Notes: generated by a model not told the origin, from the sequence alone. A stretch of DNA of 64,000 nucleotides from an uncultured Planctomycetaceae bacterium (GCA_963785305.1 CAWAUV010000007.1:480001-544000), one strand, 5' to 3'. Positions 41,201 through 51,587 are shown, counted from the stretch's first letter. Numbers and translations: made by a program.

Positions 41201-41760
41201 AAGAGGCGGGCTCCTCGGCGATGGGCGCGTTTGGCTTGGCGGTGGTGTTCGTGTTTTTGGTGCTCGCCGCCCAGTATGAAAGTTGGAATCTGCCCTTGGC
41301 GGTGATTCTGGTGGTGCCGATGTGCTTGCTGTCGTCGGTCATCGGCATCCGTCTGGCCGGCATGGAGATCAACATTTTCACGCAGATTGGGTTTATCGTG
41401 CTGGTGGGGCTGGCGAGCAAAAACGCGATTCTGATCGTCGAATTCGCCCGGCAAGTACACGCCTCGGGCAAGTCGCGGCGCGAGGCGGCGCTCGAGGCCT
41501 GCCGGCTACGGCTTCGGCCGATCCTGATGACGTCGTTTGCCTTCATCTTGGGCGTGGTTCCCTTGGTGCTGGCCGAGGGCGCTGGCGCCGAGATGCGCCG
41601 CACCCTGGGCATGGCGGCCTTTAGCGGCATGCTCGGGGTGACGATCTTCGGCGTGTTTCTCACTCCCGTGTTTTATTACACGCTACAAGCGGGAACCGAT
41701 TGGTGGACCCGCCGCGGATCGAACTCCGCGGCAAGCGAATCCGGGGAACTGCGAATATGA
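38230..41760 (+). CDS. RND (HAE1/AcrB-type) efflux permease with a low-complexity insertion
   Basis: FFIDRPIFA, AIGIVVDDAIVVVENVER, GLASKNAILIVEFA and RLRPILMTS motifs. Confidence 0.95.
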   Translation: MISHFFIDRPIFAAVLSIVITIAGGVAVTTLPIAQYPDVTPPTVLVTALYPGANSQTVRDTVAQPIEQQVSGVENMLYMSSQCTNDGLYTLTITFKMGMNSDMAQVLVQNRVSLAQPVIPDLVQREGINVKKQSPNTLMIVNLFSPDGSHDDIYLSNYATIQIKDELGRLPGVANIGYMGQRDYSLRAWLDPERMASLGINASDVSTAINEQNIQVAAGQIGQQPAPAGQEFQYTINTLGRLVTPEQFANIILKVQSSGGSGSSSSGGAGPTITAAPTSGSNMTGSTAIDPSTTFGGASSDSGSGAPPPATGSTGQMPAMPTVAGGGVSSAGAGLGGSTSTPSGAGSVGIGSATTGKSTTGVTGTTSAQSVAGPPSFSILRLRDIASVQLGSQQYDQSCTLDGKPSVALTVYQLPGHNSLETARGVYAKMESLKQRFPDGLDYEIVYDTTPFIRESVIEVFNTLRDAVILVAIVVLVFLQNWRAAIIPLVAVPVAVVGTFAVMAAMRFSLNNLSLFGLVLAIGIVVDDAIVVVENVERWLEHGLSPRDATRRAMDEVTGPVIAVALVLTAVFVPCAFISGITGQFFRQFAVTIAASTLISAFNSLTLSPALAAILLRPRGAKRDPIDAALNFLLGWFFKLFNMVFDLGNRSYTFLVGGMLRASVLVFVVFGGLLVATYVEFDRTPTGFIPQQDKGYLLVNVQLPDSASVSRTQAVVRAIERIAQKTNGVAHTVSVAGQSLILNVNAPNLGSIYVMLAEFHQRPGLGADDIAASLRSECGRQVQDALVTVFGAPPIDGLGTTGGFKMIVEDRGNEGLAALQTVSDAIVRVGNASRELTGLFTSSRAYTPWLYLDIDREKCLSLGLSMGDVFNTLQIFLGSYYVNNFNDFGRSWQVNIMADPRFRDHIEEIKLLRVRTNQGYMAPLGTVIQVRDASGPAAIMRYNMYASAAISGNLAPGVSSTEAIARMESIAREKLPRSMSFAWTELAFMQQEAGSSAMGAFGLAVVFVFLVLAAQYESWNLPLAVILVVPMCLLSSVIGIRLAGMEINIFTQIGFIVLVGLASKNAILIVEFARQVHASGKSRREAALEACRLRLRPILMTSFAFILGVVPLVLAEGAGAEMRRTLGMAAFSGMLGVTIFGVFLTPVFYYTLQAGTDWWTRRGSNSAASESGELRI

Positions 41761-42455
41761 TCGTCACGCGCAAGGCCAAGGAGCGCGGCCATGGAGACCA
41801 TGGCTGGCTCGATAGTTATCACACCTTTTCGTTCGCCGGCTACCACGATCCGCGGAATATGGGCTTTCGCGCCCTGCGCGTGATGAACGAAGACCGGGTA
41901 GCGCCCGGCAAGGGGTTCGGCGCGCATGGGCACATGGACATGGAAATCGTGACCTATGTGCTTTCCGGCTCGCTCGAACATGCCGACAGCATGGGCCACC
42001 GCGCCGTGTTGGGGCCCGGCGAATTTCAGCGCATCTCGGCCGGAACCGGCATTCGCCACAGCGAGTTCAATGCGTCGTCCGACCAGCCAGTGCATTTCTA
42101 TCAAATCTGGCTCTTGCCGAGCCAAGCGGGCATCGCTCCCAGCTACGAGCAAAAGACATTTCCGGCCGCCGAGCGACTCGGCCGGCTGCGACTGGTCGCC
42201 TCGCCCAACGCCGCCGAAGGCTCCCTCTTGATTCATCAAGACGCGCGAATTTATCTCGCGACGCTCGCTCCGGGCCAAGACATTGCGCATTCCCTCGCGC
42301 CGGGGCGCCACGCTTGGCTGCAGGTCCTCGGTGGACAAGTGATCGCCGGCGGGCTGAAACTCGCCGCGGGCGATGCGATCGCGCTCAGCGATGAACCGCG
42401 ACTGACAATCTCCGGCGAGGTGGACGCCGAAGTCATGGTGTTCGATCTGGCATAA
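41757..42455 (+). CDS. Pirin family protein (YhhW-like)
   Basis: GWLDSYHTFSF, GFGAHGHMDMEIVTYV and GIRHSEFN motifs. Confidence 0.93.
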   Translation: MIVTRKAKERGHGDHGWLDSYHTFSFAGYHDPRNMGFRALRVMNEDRVAPGKGFGAHGHMDMEIVTYVLSGSLEHADSMGHRAVLGPGEFQRISAGTGIRHSEFNASSDQPVHFYQIWLLPSQAGIAPSYEQKTFPAAERLGRLRLVASPNAAEGSLLIHQDARIYLATLAPGQDIAHSLAPGRHAWLQVLGGQVIAGGLKLAAGDAIALSDEPRLTISGEVDAEVMVFDLA

Positions 42456-42505
42456 GCGCGTCATGCCGAAATCACGCGCGTCTTTCTCGATGAAAGGAAC
42501 TCTCG

Positions 42506-43087
42506 ATGTCCCAATTGCCCAAGATTCTGGCCTTCGCCGGCAGCGCTCGGAAAGATTCGTTCAACAAAAAGATTCTGCGCATCGCGGTCGCCGGCGCTCG
42601 GCAAGCGGGCGGCGAGGTGACGCTCATCGACCTCAAGGATTACCCACTCCCGCTTTTCGACCAAGACCTGGAAGCAGCCGAGGGCGCCCCGGCAAACGCG
42701 GTGAAACTCAAGCGGCTGTTCGTCGAGCACGACGCGCTCCTGATCGCGGCGCCGGAGTACAACAGCACGATCACCCCGCTGCTCAAGAACACGATCGACT
42801 GGGTATCGAGGCCGGCGCCCGGCGAAGCGCCGCTAGTGGGCTTTCAAGGCAAGCTGGCGACGCTCATGAGCGCCTCGCCCGGCGGCTTGGGCGGGCTGCG
42901 CGGCCTAGTGCATGTGCGTTCGCTCTTGGGCAATATCGGAGTGCTGGTGCTGCCGGGTCAAGTGGCGGTGCCCACGGCGCACGAAGCCCTCGCGGCCGAT
43001 GGCTCGCTGAAAGACGCCAACCTCTCGGCCAGTATCGAAGCGCTCGGCCGCGGCTTGGTCGAGGCCACCAAGAAACTGAAAGCCTAG
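42506..43087 (+). CDS. NADPH-dependent FMN reductase
   Basis: GSARKDSFN, PEYN, LKNTIDWVSR and SPGGLGG motifs. Confidence 0.93.
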   Translation: MSQLPKILAFAGSARKDSFNKKILRIAVAGARQAGGEVTLIDLKDYPLPLFDQDLEAAEGAPANAVKLKRLFVEHDALLIAAPEYNSTITPLLKNTIDWVSRPAPGEAPLVGFQGKLATLMSASPGGLGGLRGLVHVRSLLGNIGVLVLPGQVAVPTAHEALAADGSLKDANLSASIEALGRGLVEATKKLKA

Positions 43088-43121
43088 CGCGTCTTCAACG
43101 CCTGATTCAGGGATTAGGCGC

Positions 43122-43145
43122 CATGCCCACGCTTGCGTGGGCATG
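43122..43145. repeat. REP-like perfect palindrome between convergent genes
   Basis: CATGCCCACGC-TT-GCGTGGGCATG. Confidence 0.75.
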
Positions 43146-43191
43146 TGCTTCAGCGCGATGGGTTATGGCGTTAAGCGCGTTCGCGGCGTGA

Positions 43192-45777
43192 TTAGCCGTC
43201 GATCCAGTCCCAGGCTGGGTCCGCGAACAGGTTGTCGAGTTCCTGGGAGTTCGTGGCGGGCGAGTCGGCGCTGGGGGCGACGAGCGATCGCGGTGTCGTT
43301 GCGCTGCTTGTGCCGGCGGGCGGACTCGTGCTTGGTCCGGCGAACGCTCCCGTCGCTCCAAGCGGCGCGGTTGTCGCAATAGCGGCCAGATTGACGCCAG
43401 TGCTCGTCGGTGCGCCAGTGCTCGAATCGGCGGCGAGGCTATGGGTCGCGATCACGTTGGCGCTCGGGCCGCTTGGGGTCGAGGTCGCGATGCTGGGGGA
43501 ATTCGATCCGGCGTTGATCGCTTGAATCACGAGCAGCGCGTCGGTGGGCCCAAAGACGCCGTTGCCTTTCACATCGTAATAATACGACCCGATCGGAGCG
43601 GAAGCGGGCAAGGCGCCTGCGCCCTGGGCATTCAAATACTGGATGAGCACGAGGACGTCTTGCGGAATGACCGGTCCGCCATTGCCGAGCACATCGTCGG
43701 GATCGGAAGAGTTGTGCCAAGGGTAAGCGGTCACGGTCACGCTGGCGTCGGCCTTGGTGTGCGCGGCTTCGACATCGCCCGCCGAGTCGGTGGCGCGGGA
43801 ATAAAAGGCGTAGACATTGCCGACCGAGGCCGTGAATGTGCTCGAGGTGAGCGTGGTTCCCGTGAGCCAGGGCGAATAAGCGCCGCCATTGACCGAATCG
43901 TAGATCGTGTACGAGGTGATCGGCGCCGCCCCGCTTGCCACGGTTCCCGACCAACTAATGGGAATGCTGGTCAGCGAAGTTCGCGCCGGCAACACGGCCA
44001 CGCTGCTGGTGGGCGCGGAAATGGGCGCAACGGTGATTGTGGCCGTGGCGAGCGATCCGCCGAGCCCTTCGGCCACCGCGGCGGTGGACGACTGAACGGA
44101 AAAACTACCGCTTGCCAGCGAGCCGCTGGTGGGCGTGAATCGCAGGCCGGCCTCGCCCTGGGCCAGCGTGATGAACTCGCCATTGGTGACTTGGGTGACG
44201 CCATTGTTAAGATACAGCGTGCCGCCGGAGATAGCGGTGATTTGAAAATCCGCCACAATACCCGCGTCCGACGGGTTGGGAGTGATGACGAGCCCGGCCG
44301 TGGATTGCGCGTTCTCGCGGGTCGTGCTGTTGGTCACCGTCGGCGCATGCACCGGCGAAGCCGCTACCGTGACGATCGTCGGCTGGGAGTTGGACACCAC
44401 TTCTCGAATCCGGTCGTTCGAAGTGTCGGCGACAAAAATATCGCCCGACGAATCCATTGCGATCCCACCGGGCACGCTGAACGAGGCGGCAATTGCTGGG
44501 CCACCATCACCGCCGTAAGTGACATTCCCGTTGCCGGCCACGGTGTTGATGATTCCCGTTACGGCGTTTACCTCGCGAATTCGCTCGTTACCCTGGTCAT
44601 CGATAAAAATGTCGCCGTGAGAGTCGACCGCCACATCGACCGGCACGGAGAGCATGGTGGTTGTCGCCGCCACGCCGTCGTGAAATGCGGAAAACTGCCC
44701 GTTGCCGGCAACCGTGGTGATTTCGCCGGTAACATGAATCACTTCGCGAATACGATCGTTGACCGTGTCGGCAATATAGACGTTGCCCGCGTCGTCGACG
44801 GTCACGCCATGCGGACCCTCGAGTTCGGCGTTGATCGCCAAGCCGCCATCGCCGCTGAAGCCCGGTGCGCCGGTTCCCGCGACATCGGTGACGATGCCGG
44901 TGGTCATATTGATCTCGCGAACATTGTTGCCTTCGTAGTCGGCGACATAGACGTTGCCCGCTGCATCAACGGCAATGCCCAACAGGTCTTCGAAAGTCGC
45001 GTCGATAGCCTGCCCGCCGTCGCCGGTAATACCCGATTTTCCAGCGGAATTCGCAATGATGTTGATGATGTCGGTCGAGAGGTTTACTTGCAGCACGGAG
45101 CCCATTTCGGCGATGTAAAGGTTTCCTTTGGTATCCACCGCGACTGCATTTGGGCCAATCAAGTCGGCTTGCGTCGCCGCCTGACCGTTCATCGCGGCGC
45201 CAAAGTTGGTCCCACCGCCGGCGATGGTGTTGATATAGCCGCTGGCGGAAATTTCTCGAATTCGCGCGAATGCATCGATGAAGAACAGATCGCCGCTGGA
45301 GTCGACCGCAATTTTTCCGGGGTCATAGACCTCGGCCGCCGACGCCAGTCCACCATCGCCTGTTTCGGCCATGGTACCATTGCCGGCGATTGTTTTAATG
45401 ATCGAACCGGGTCCCAGGCCGGTAGTGCTGCTGGCGTACCAGTTCACGCCATCGCCGCCGTACGAAGCGGCGAGCGAATTGGCGCCGACCGGCAGCACTG
45501 CGTTGAGTGTGGCTACGCCCGACACGACCGTGGCCGTGCCGAGCGTGGTCGCGCCGTCGGTGAATGTCACGGTTCCATCGGTGGGAGTCGACGCGCTGGT
45601 GACGAGCGCGGTGAGCGTGACCGATTGCCCGGCATAGACGTTGGGCGTGTTCGCGGCGAGGGTGATCTCGGTGGTCGCCGCGGTCAGCACCGCCCGATCC
45701 TCGAGCGTTTCAATGCTCAGAAACGGTTTGGAGCGCAAGCCTCGCGCATGCGAGCATCGTCGAGCAAGCCGCGTCAT
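43192..45777 (-). CDS. Planctomycete surface protein with LEPR-XLL motif, Ig-like domain, NHL repeats, Fn3-like domain and dockerin-like C-terminus
   Basis: ETLEDRAVL, repeated AGNG...GDGG.A...P.GIAVD..G.IYIAD..N.RIR, and YYDVKGNGVFGPTDALLVIQAIN. Confidence 0.88.
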   Translation of the reverse strand: MTRLARRCSHARGLRSKPFLSIETLEDRAVLTAATTEITLAANTPNVYAGQSVTLTALVTSASTPTDGTVTFTDGATTLGTATVVSGVATLNAVLPVGANSLAASYGGDGVNWYASSTTGLGPGSIIKTIAGNGTMAETGDGGLASAAEVYDPGKIAVDSSGDLFFIDAFARIREISASGYINTIAGGGTNFGAAMNGQAATQADLIGPNAVAVDTKGNLYIAEMGSVLQVNLSTDIINIIANSAGKSGITGDGGQAIDATFEDLLGIAVDAAGNVYVADYEGNNVREINMTTGIVTDVAGTGAPGFSGDGGLAINAELEGPHGVTVDDAGNVYIADTVNDRIREVIHVTGEITTVAGNGQFSAFHDGVAATTTMLSVPVDVAVDSHGDIFIDDQGNERIREVNAVTGIINTVAGNGNVTYGGDGGPAIAASFSVPGGIAMDSSGDIFVADTSNDRIREVVSNSQPTIVTVAASPVHAPTVTNSTTRENAQSTAGLVITPNPSDAGIVADFQITAISGGTLYLNNGVTQVTNGEFITLAQGEAGLRFTPTSGSLASGSFSVQSSTAAVAEGLGGSLATATITVAPISAPTSSVAVLPARTSLTSIPISWSGTVASGAAPITSYTIYDSVNGGAYSPWLTGTTLTSSTFTASVGNVYAFYSRATDSAGDVEAAHTKADASVTVTAYPWHNSSDPDDVLGNGGPVIPQDVLVLIQYLNAQGAGALPASAPIGSYYYDVKGNGVFGPTDALLVIQAINAGSNSPSIATSTPSGPSANVIATHSLAADSSTGAPTSTGVNLAAIATTAPLGATGAFAGPSTSPPAGTSSATTPRSLVAPSADSPATNSQELDNLFADPAWDWIDG

Positions 45778-46080
45778 TGTCGAATCTTTCGGCGGGGGTG
45801 AACTGGAAATAAGAAAACGCGACACACGTCCGGCCGCTCAGCGAGTTCGAGCGGCGTCGAAACCGAAAAGGCGATAAGAAGAAAAAAACCATTGCCAAAT
45901 GGCTTAGCGTCACATGATATTAATAAACATTGGGTTTTGTCAATTTCCTTGCAGGGTCCCGCCGGGTCGCTCGGGCCAAGCGAGAGGTGGCAAACCGCAC
46001 TGACGCAAGGCGATTCGCGAACATCCTACATTGACGCCCTAGTTTCCCCCCCCCGATCCGTCTCCACAGGCCGCGCCGCA

Positions 46081-47611
46081 ATGCCGGATTCCTCGATCGC
46101 ATCTCGTCGCCCCAGTCCAGGCCGCGCCGCTACTGCGCATGCAGGGCGTGCGCAAATGTTTTGGCGCCACGCGGGCGCTCGACGGCGTCGATCTCGCCGT
46201 GGCCGCGGGCGAAGTGCTGGCCCTGATCGGTGAAAACGGCGCCGGCAAAAGCACGCTCATGAAAACACTCGCCGGCGTGCATCCGCCCGACGAGGGACGC
46301 ATGTGGCTCGCCGGCGAGCCCTTCGAGCCCTCTGGACCGGCCGCTGCTCGACGGGCTGGCGTGTCGATGATCTATCAAGAGCTTTCGCTCGCGCCGCATC
46401 TGTCGGTCATGGAGAATATCGTGCTCGGCGTCGAGCCGCTGATGCGTTGGCCTGGCGCCCCGCCCGTGGTGCGCCATGGGGAAATGCGCCGCCTGGCAAG
46501 AGCCGCCTTGGCCGAGCTGGGCCACGCCGACATTCCGCCCGACTTGCCGGTGGGCAGGCTCTCGCTCGCCGAACAGCAGTTGGTGGAAATTGCCCGCGCG
46601 CTGGCCGCCGGCACTCGGGTGCTGGTGCTCGACGAGCCGACCAGCAGCCTCACTCGCCGCGACGCGGAGCGGATCTTCTCGCTCGTGGCCCGCTTGCGAG
46701 CCCGGGGACTGGCGATCATTTATATCTCGCACTTCTTGGAAGAAGTCCGCGCGATCTGCGATCGCTATACAGTGCTGCGCGATGGACGTAGCGTGGGCGA
46801 TGGCGCATTGAAGGCGGTCGCCGACGGGGAACTGATTCGCCTCATGGTCGGCCGCTCGATGGACGAGCTCTATCCGCGTTCGCCGCGCCGGCCGGGCGAG
46901 CCGGTGCTCGAGGTCGCGCATCTGGCTGGCTCGGTCAAGCCGCTCGACGCTTCGCTCACGCTCCATCGCGGCGAAGTGCTTGGCATCGCCGGGCTCGTGG
47001 GCTCGGGCCGAACCGAGCTGGCGCGTGGCCTGATGGCGCTCGATCGCGTGCGCTCGGGCGATGTGCGGCTCGGCGGTTTGCCGGCGCCCCGCTCGCCGCG
47101 CGAAGCGTGGCGCCGCGGCATGGGACTGGTGAGCGAAGATCGTAAGGAAGAAGGCTTGGCGCTGGGGATCAGCATCGCCGAGAATATCGCCCTGTCGAGC
47201 ATGCCGCTGGTGACAAGGCCGGGTCGCTTGCGCCGGCAGGCCGACCGGTGGATCGAGCGGCTGCGGATTCGCTGCCAGGGCGCCGAGCAGCGGCCGATCG
47301 AGCTCTCTGGCGGCAATCAGCAAAAGGTGGCGCTGGCCCGGCTGTTGGCCCACGACGCCGACGTGCTCTTGCTCGACGAGCCGACGCGCGGCATCGATGT
47401 GGCCGCCAAGGCGGAAATCTATCGGCTGATCGATTCGCTGGCCAATTCCGGCAAGGCGGTGCTTTTGGTGAGCAGCTATTTGCCGGAACTGTTGGGGGTG
47501 TGCGACCGCATTGCCGTGATGTGCAAGGGACGCCTTGGCCCCGCCCGACCGACTCACGAACTCGACGAACATAAGATCATGAGCGAAGCGATCGCGAGCC
47601 AGCAAGAATGA
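46081..47611 (+). CDS. Sugar ABC transporter ATP-binding protein (RbsA-like; N-terminal frameshift)
   Basis: GENGAGKST, LDEPT, LSGGNQQK and LDEPTRGIDV motifs. Confidence 0.93.
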
Positions 47612-48663
47612 CGAACAGCTCGAATCCCGAAGGTCCCACCGAGCCCAAGGCCGCCGAACCGCGCGCCGGCGAAGCCGCCAAATCGGGCGGTGGATTCGCC
47701 GCGCGGCTCCGCGCCAACATGAGTCCGGCGTGGCTCGCGGCGCGGCTGGGGCCGCTCGTGGGGTTGGTGTTCGTCGTGGGATTGTTTGGAATACTCCGGC
47801 CCGAAAAGTTTCTCACGGTCGACAATTTTCAGCTTATGTTGCTCCAGACCGCCGTGGTGGCGACCATGGCGCTGGGCATGACGATGATTATCGTTTCGGG
47901 TGGCATCGATATCTCGATCGGCTCGAACGTGGCGCTCTGCTCGGTGGCGGTCGCGGCGATGCTGGCGGCCGATGTTCCGCCCTCGCTGGCGGCGGCTGGC
48001 GGCATTGCGCTCGGCGCCTTGGTGGGGATCGTCATCGGGCTCTTGATCACTCGGCTCCATCTGCAGCCGTTTATCGTCACGCTCGGCATGTGGGGCGCCC
48101 TCCGCGGCGCCGCCAAGGGACTTGCCCACGAACAGACGGTTTCGCCGCCCAACACCTGGCTCAACGATCTGATGGACCGCGGCAACGACGGGCACTGGCT
48201 TCCGCCGGGCGTGTGGTTGATGCTCGTGCTCATGGTGCTCGCCGCTCTCGCGATGCGTTATACCCGCTTCGGCCGCCATGTGGTGGCGATCGGCTCGAAC
48301 GAGCGAACCGCCCGACTTTGCGGAGTGGCGGTCGAACGAACCAAACTCCTTACTTATGGGTGTGGATTGGCGCTGGCCGGCGTGGCGGGGCTCCTGCAAT
48401 TCTCGACGCTCACGGTGGGCGATCCCACGACCGCCAGCGGCTACGAACTGGCGACCATCGCGGCGGTGGTGATCGGCGGCGGCAGCCTCTCGGGCGGCGA
48501 GGGCTCGATGTTTGGCTCGGTGATCGGCGCGCTGATGATGACCGTGGTCGCCAACGGCTGCACCAAGGTGGGCATGCCCAATTGGGTGCAAGAGATCGTC
48601 ACCGGGGCGATTATTGTCGTGGCCGCCTGGCTCGATCGGCTCCGCCGCCGCGAGCAGGTCTGA
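47608..48663 (+). CDS. Sugar ABC transporter permease (RbsC-like)
   Basis: GGIDISIGS, PFIVTLG, TRFGRHVVAIGSN and IAAVVIGG motifs. Confidence 0.93.
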   Translation: MTNSSNPEGPTEPKAAEPRAGEAAKSGGGFAARLRANMSPAWLAARLGPLVGLVFVVGLFGILRPEKFLTVDNFQLMLLQTAVVATMALGMTMIIVSGGIDISIGSNVALCSVAVAAMLAADVPPSLAAAGGIALGALVGIVIGLLITRLHLQPFIVTLGMWGALRGAAKGLAHEQTVSPPNTWLNDLMDRGNDGHWLPPGVWLMLVLMVLAALAMRYTRFGRHVVAIGSNERTARLCGVAVERTKLLTYGCGLALAGVAGLLQFSTLTVGDPTTASGYELATIAAVVIGGGSLSGGEGSMFGSVIGALMMTVVANGCTKVGMPNWVQEIVTGAIIVVAAWLDRLRRREQV

Positions 48664-48815
48664 AATTCGCCCGCATTTGCTCGTTTTCGTGATCGCCATG
48701 TTCGTCGCGGCGAAGTTTTGTTCGTTTTTCTGGGAGCGAGTTTTGGGATGAAGCGCCGCGGCCGGCGTCTTATCCATGTTGGCCCCCGAAACCCGTTGCG
48801 AGAAGCGGTGAGCCG

Positions 48816-49405
48816 ATGGACGATCGCTCGCGCGGCGGCGATTCGAAGCCAGGCCCGATCGGTCCCGATCGGTTGGGAGAACTGTTCGATCGGCACGGCG
48901 CGGCGCTCGTGCTCTATGCGCGTCAGCTTTGCGATTCGCCCGACGACGTGGTCCAGCAAGCGTTTATCCAACTGGCAAGGCAAGCGCGGCCGCCCGAGGC
49001 GATTGGTCCCTGGCTGTTTCGCGTGCGCGCAACGCCGCGCTCTCGGCGGCCCGAGCGGCCAAACGCCGCGCTCGGCATGAGCAAGCCGCCGCCGCGACGA
49101 TCGAGACATGGTTTGTTCCGCGCGAGACGCTCGACGCCGAAGCCGATGAAGCAGTGGCGCAACTGGCGGGGCTGCCGCAAACCGAACGGGAAGTGATTAT
49201 CGCCCACCTTTGGGGTGGATTAACGTTCGAGGAGATCGGTCGGGTGCATCGAATATCGTCGAGCAGCGCGCACCGAGCCTACCACGGCGGCTTGCAATCG
49301 CTGCATGCGAAACTTACCGCTGGCCAGAGCGCCGCCGCGTCCGACGCTGGTCGACATGCGAACAATGTCGCGCCCTCCGCGCCTTCACAAAAACCAACTG
49401 CCTGA
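48816..49405 (+). CDS. ECF sigma factor (frameshift near 49030)
   Basis: LVLYARQ...DDVVQQAF...WLFRV (region 2) and LPQTEREVIIAHLWGGLTFEEIG (region 4). Confidence 0.85.
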
Positions 49406-49440
49406 TATCCAAGTTCCTAGCGAAAGGCGTCGGCGCTCCC

Positions 49441-49926
49441 ATGACGACTCATTTTCCGCGTGAACCATTTGAGCCGCTCTTCGGAGAGCTTGCGGCGCTG
49501 GAAGCCACGCTTGCGGGCTTGCGGCCGGCGGCGGCGAATTTGGAGCGAGACCGGCTCATGTTTTTGGCCGGCTCGGCGGCGGGCGAGCATCGTGCTTCGG
49601 CTCGCTCGCGACGAATGCTAACGGGCCTCGTCTCCGTGTTGGTCGTGGTCATGTGGCTGATGAGGAACCCCGGCGTGGAAGTCGTGCATCCCACGCGCGA
49701 TCGGACCGTGCGCGTCGAAACAGCGTCCACGAGCGCGAGCCCAACTCCCAAGCTCGCGTTGCCGTGCGATCCCGATCATCGCTGGGTTCGCGAGGGCAAC
49801 CTTGCCTTGCGCGAACAGATGCTTCAATCCGACGAACTACAAATTCCGGCGACGCGCACCCCTAGCGAAGAGCGCCGTGAGCCATCGACAAACGGCTCGC
49901 TTCGCCGACAGTGGCTCGATGGCTAG
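49441..49926 (+). CDS. Putative anti-sigma-like single-pass membrane protein
   Basis: LEATLAGLRP...ERDRLMFLAG followed by a TM helix; immediately downstream of the ECF gene. Confidence 0.6.
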   Translation: MTTHFPREPFEPLFGELAALEATLAGLRPAAANLERDRLMFLAGSAAGEHRASARSRRMLTGLVSVLVVVMWLMRNPGVEVVHPTRDRTVRVETASTSASPTPKLALPCDPDHRWVREGNLALREQMLQSDELQIPATRTPSEERREPSTNGSLRRQWLDG

Positions 49927-50117
49927 CTCGAGCGTCTCATCGTCGCGGCTCGCGAAATAACGACTTACGTCGTTTTTTGAGATCGCATCCGTGCGGCGAC
50001 GCGACCTGTTGAATATTTCAGCAGGCTGCTAGGGGATTGTATTTGACTTGCGTTTCGTGGCGCTGCCGATCGCGCTGCGCCTTGATCTTTTTTTTGAGAA
50101 CGAAGAGGAGAGAGATA

Positions 50118-51587
50118 ATGGACGGGCGGCAAACGATCGAGGACAGGCGGCGGCATGGATTCCTAGCAGGTTTACCACTCGCGATCGTCGTTGCGTTTGT
50201 GGCGCCGCCAGCGCGTGGCGCCGAAACCGAGCGGCCGGTCACGGTCGTGCTCGATGTCAGTCCCTCGGCGGAGCCACGACCGGCGCTCAAGTATCGTCTG
50301 TTGCCTCCGCCGGCCGTGGAGCGTGGCGCCAACGCGGCCCCGATCTATTGCAAAGCGGCGATGCAGTTGAATTCGATCGACGCCGCGGAATGGAAAAGAA
50401 TCGACGCCTGGCTCACGACGCCGGTCGCCGATCTGCCGCGCGAGGAGATACGCGCTCTGCTCGACCAAAGGTCCATGGCGCTCGATTGCCTGCGGATCGC
50501 CTCTCGACGCGAGAAATGCGAATGGGATCCGCCGCTGGAAGAATCGCAAAACTTCTGGCTAATTCCGTTGCCCGAAATGCAGGAGTTGCAACGAGGCTCG
50601 CGACTCGTGGCGGTAAAAGCGCGTCTCGAAATCGCCGAAGGCAAAACCGAACAGGTCGTCGACACGCTTTCGACCGGTTTTGCCATGAGTCGGCATCTGG
50701 CGAGCTGCCCTTTCCTAGTTTGTGCGATGATGGGCCAAGCGGCGGCGACTCGCATGCTTGAACAGTTGGAGACCTTCATTCAAACCGAGCGTTCGCCGAA
50801 TTTTTATTGGAACCTTAGCTCACTGCCCGATCCGCTAATCGATGTCCGGAGACCGCTCGAATTGGAGAGCGAATGCCTGCTTAAAAACGCGAAGCTCGAT
50901 GATGTCGACCAAGGGGCTCGCTCCAATGCCCAGTGGCGGCGGTTGCTCATCGCGACGCTGGAAATGTTGCACGACGCCGAGCGACTAGAAACCGCCGGGA
51001 AATCCACCGGCGACAAACCGAATACTTCGGTCGCCGATCGCTTGGCCGCGGCGCTCGCCGCAACGTCGGCGGCCCGCGCGGGTCTTATCGAAGCTGGCCG
51101 TGATCCGGAAAAGGTCGCGAAAATGTCCGACCCCGAAGCGGTACTCGTTTATAGCGTGTTCGACTATCGTTGCCGACGCGATTCGCAGTTCAAATGGCTC
51201 GCCCTGCCCAGTTGGCAAGCCAGCGAGGGTCTTCGCGCCTCGAAGGATGGCGCGGTGAACGCGCGGCCCGAGATGATTCCGCTCGCGAGTTTGACTTTGC
51301 CGGCGGTCGCGACAGTTCTGGTCTCGAACGAACGCCTTGGTCAGCGCATCGCGGCGCTCCGAACGATCGAAGCCCTCCGGCTCCACGCCGCGGCGCACAA
51401 TGGAACACTGCCCACGACTCTTGAGGCGATCGTGGAAGCGCCGGCGCCGGTCGATCCCGCCACCGGCAAGCTGTTTCGCTACACTGCCTCGTCGGACCGC
51501 GCGACGCTCTCTGGCGAAGCGATTTCGCTCCGTGGAAAGCAATCGTTATTGCAATACGAGATTCGTGTCAAACCGGCGAAGCACTGA
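50118..51587 (+). CDS. Conserved hypothetical exported helical protein
   Basis: Signal peptide, PALKYRLLP, GANAAPIY and IEALRLHAAAHNGTLP...PVDPATGKLF. Confidence 0.7.
   Translation: MDGRQTIEDRRRHGFLAGLPLAIVVAFVAPPARGAETERPVTVVLDVSPSAEPRPALKYRLLPPPAVERGANAAPIYCKAAMQLNSIDAAEWKRIDAWLTTPVADLPREEIRALLDQRSMALDCLRIASRREKCEWDPPLEESQNFWLIPLPEMQELQRGSRLVAVKARLEIAEGKTEQVVDTLSTGFAMSRHLASCPFLVCAMMGQAAATRMLEQLETFIQTERSPNFYWNLSSLPDPLIDVRRPLELESECLLKNAKLDDVDQGARSNAQWRRLLIATLEMLHDAERLETAGKSTGDKPNTSVADRLAAALAATSAARAGLIEAGRDPEKVAKMSDPEAVLVYSVFDYRCRRDSQFKWLALPSWQASEGLRASKDGAVNARPEMIPLASLTLPAVATVLVSNERLGQRIAALRTIEALRLHAAAHNGTLPTTLEAIVEAPAPVDPATGKLFRYTASSDRATLSGEAISLRGKQSLLQYEIRVKPAKH

Noticed and set aside
43441..45801. 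Long antisense ORFs (also 886..2223, 21003..22763, 15612..16970 and 46130..47605)
   Set aside because: These are shadow frames of well-supported genes in high-GC DNA and have no protein-like motifs.
45985..46020. GGCAAACC...GACGCAAGGC resembling a c-di-GMP-I riboswitch
   Set aside because: Only about 5 nt separate the two motifs, so the required P2 stem with its GNRA loop is missing. An Infernal search with RF01051 would settle it.
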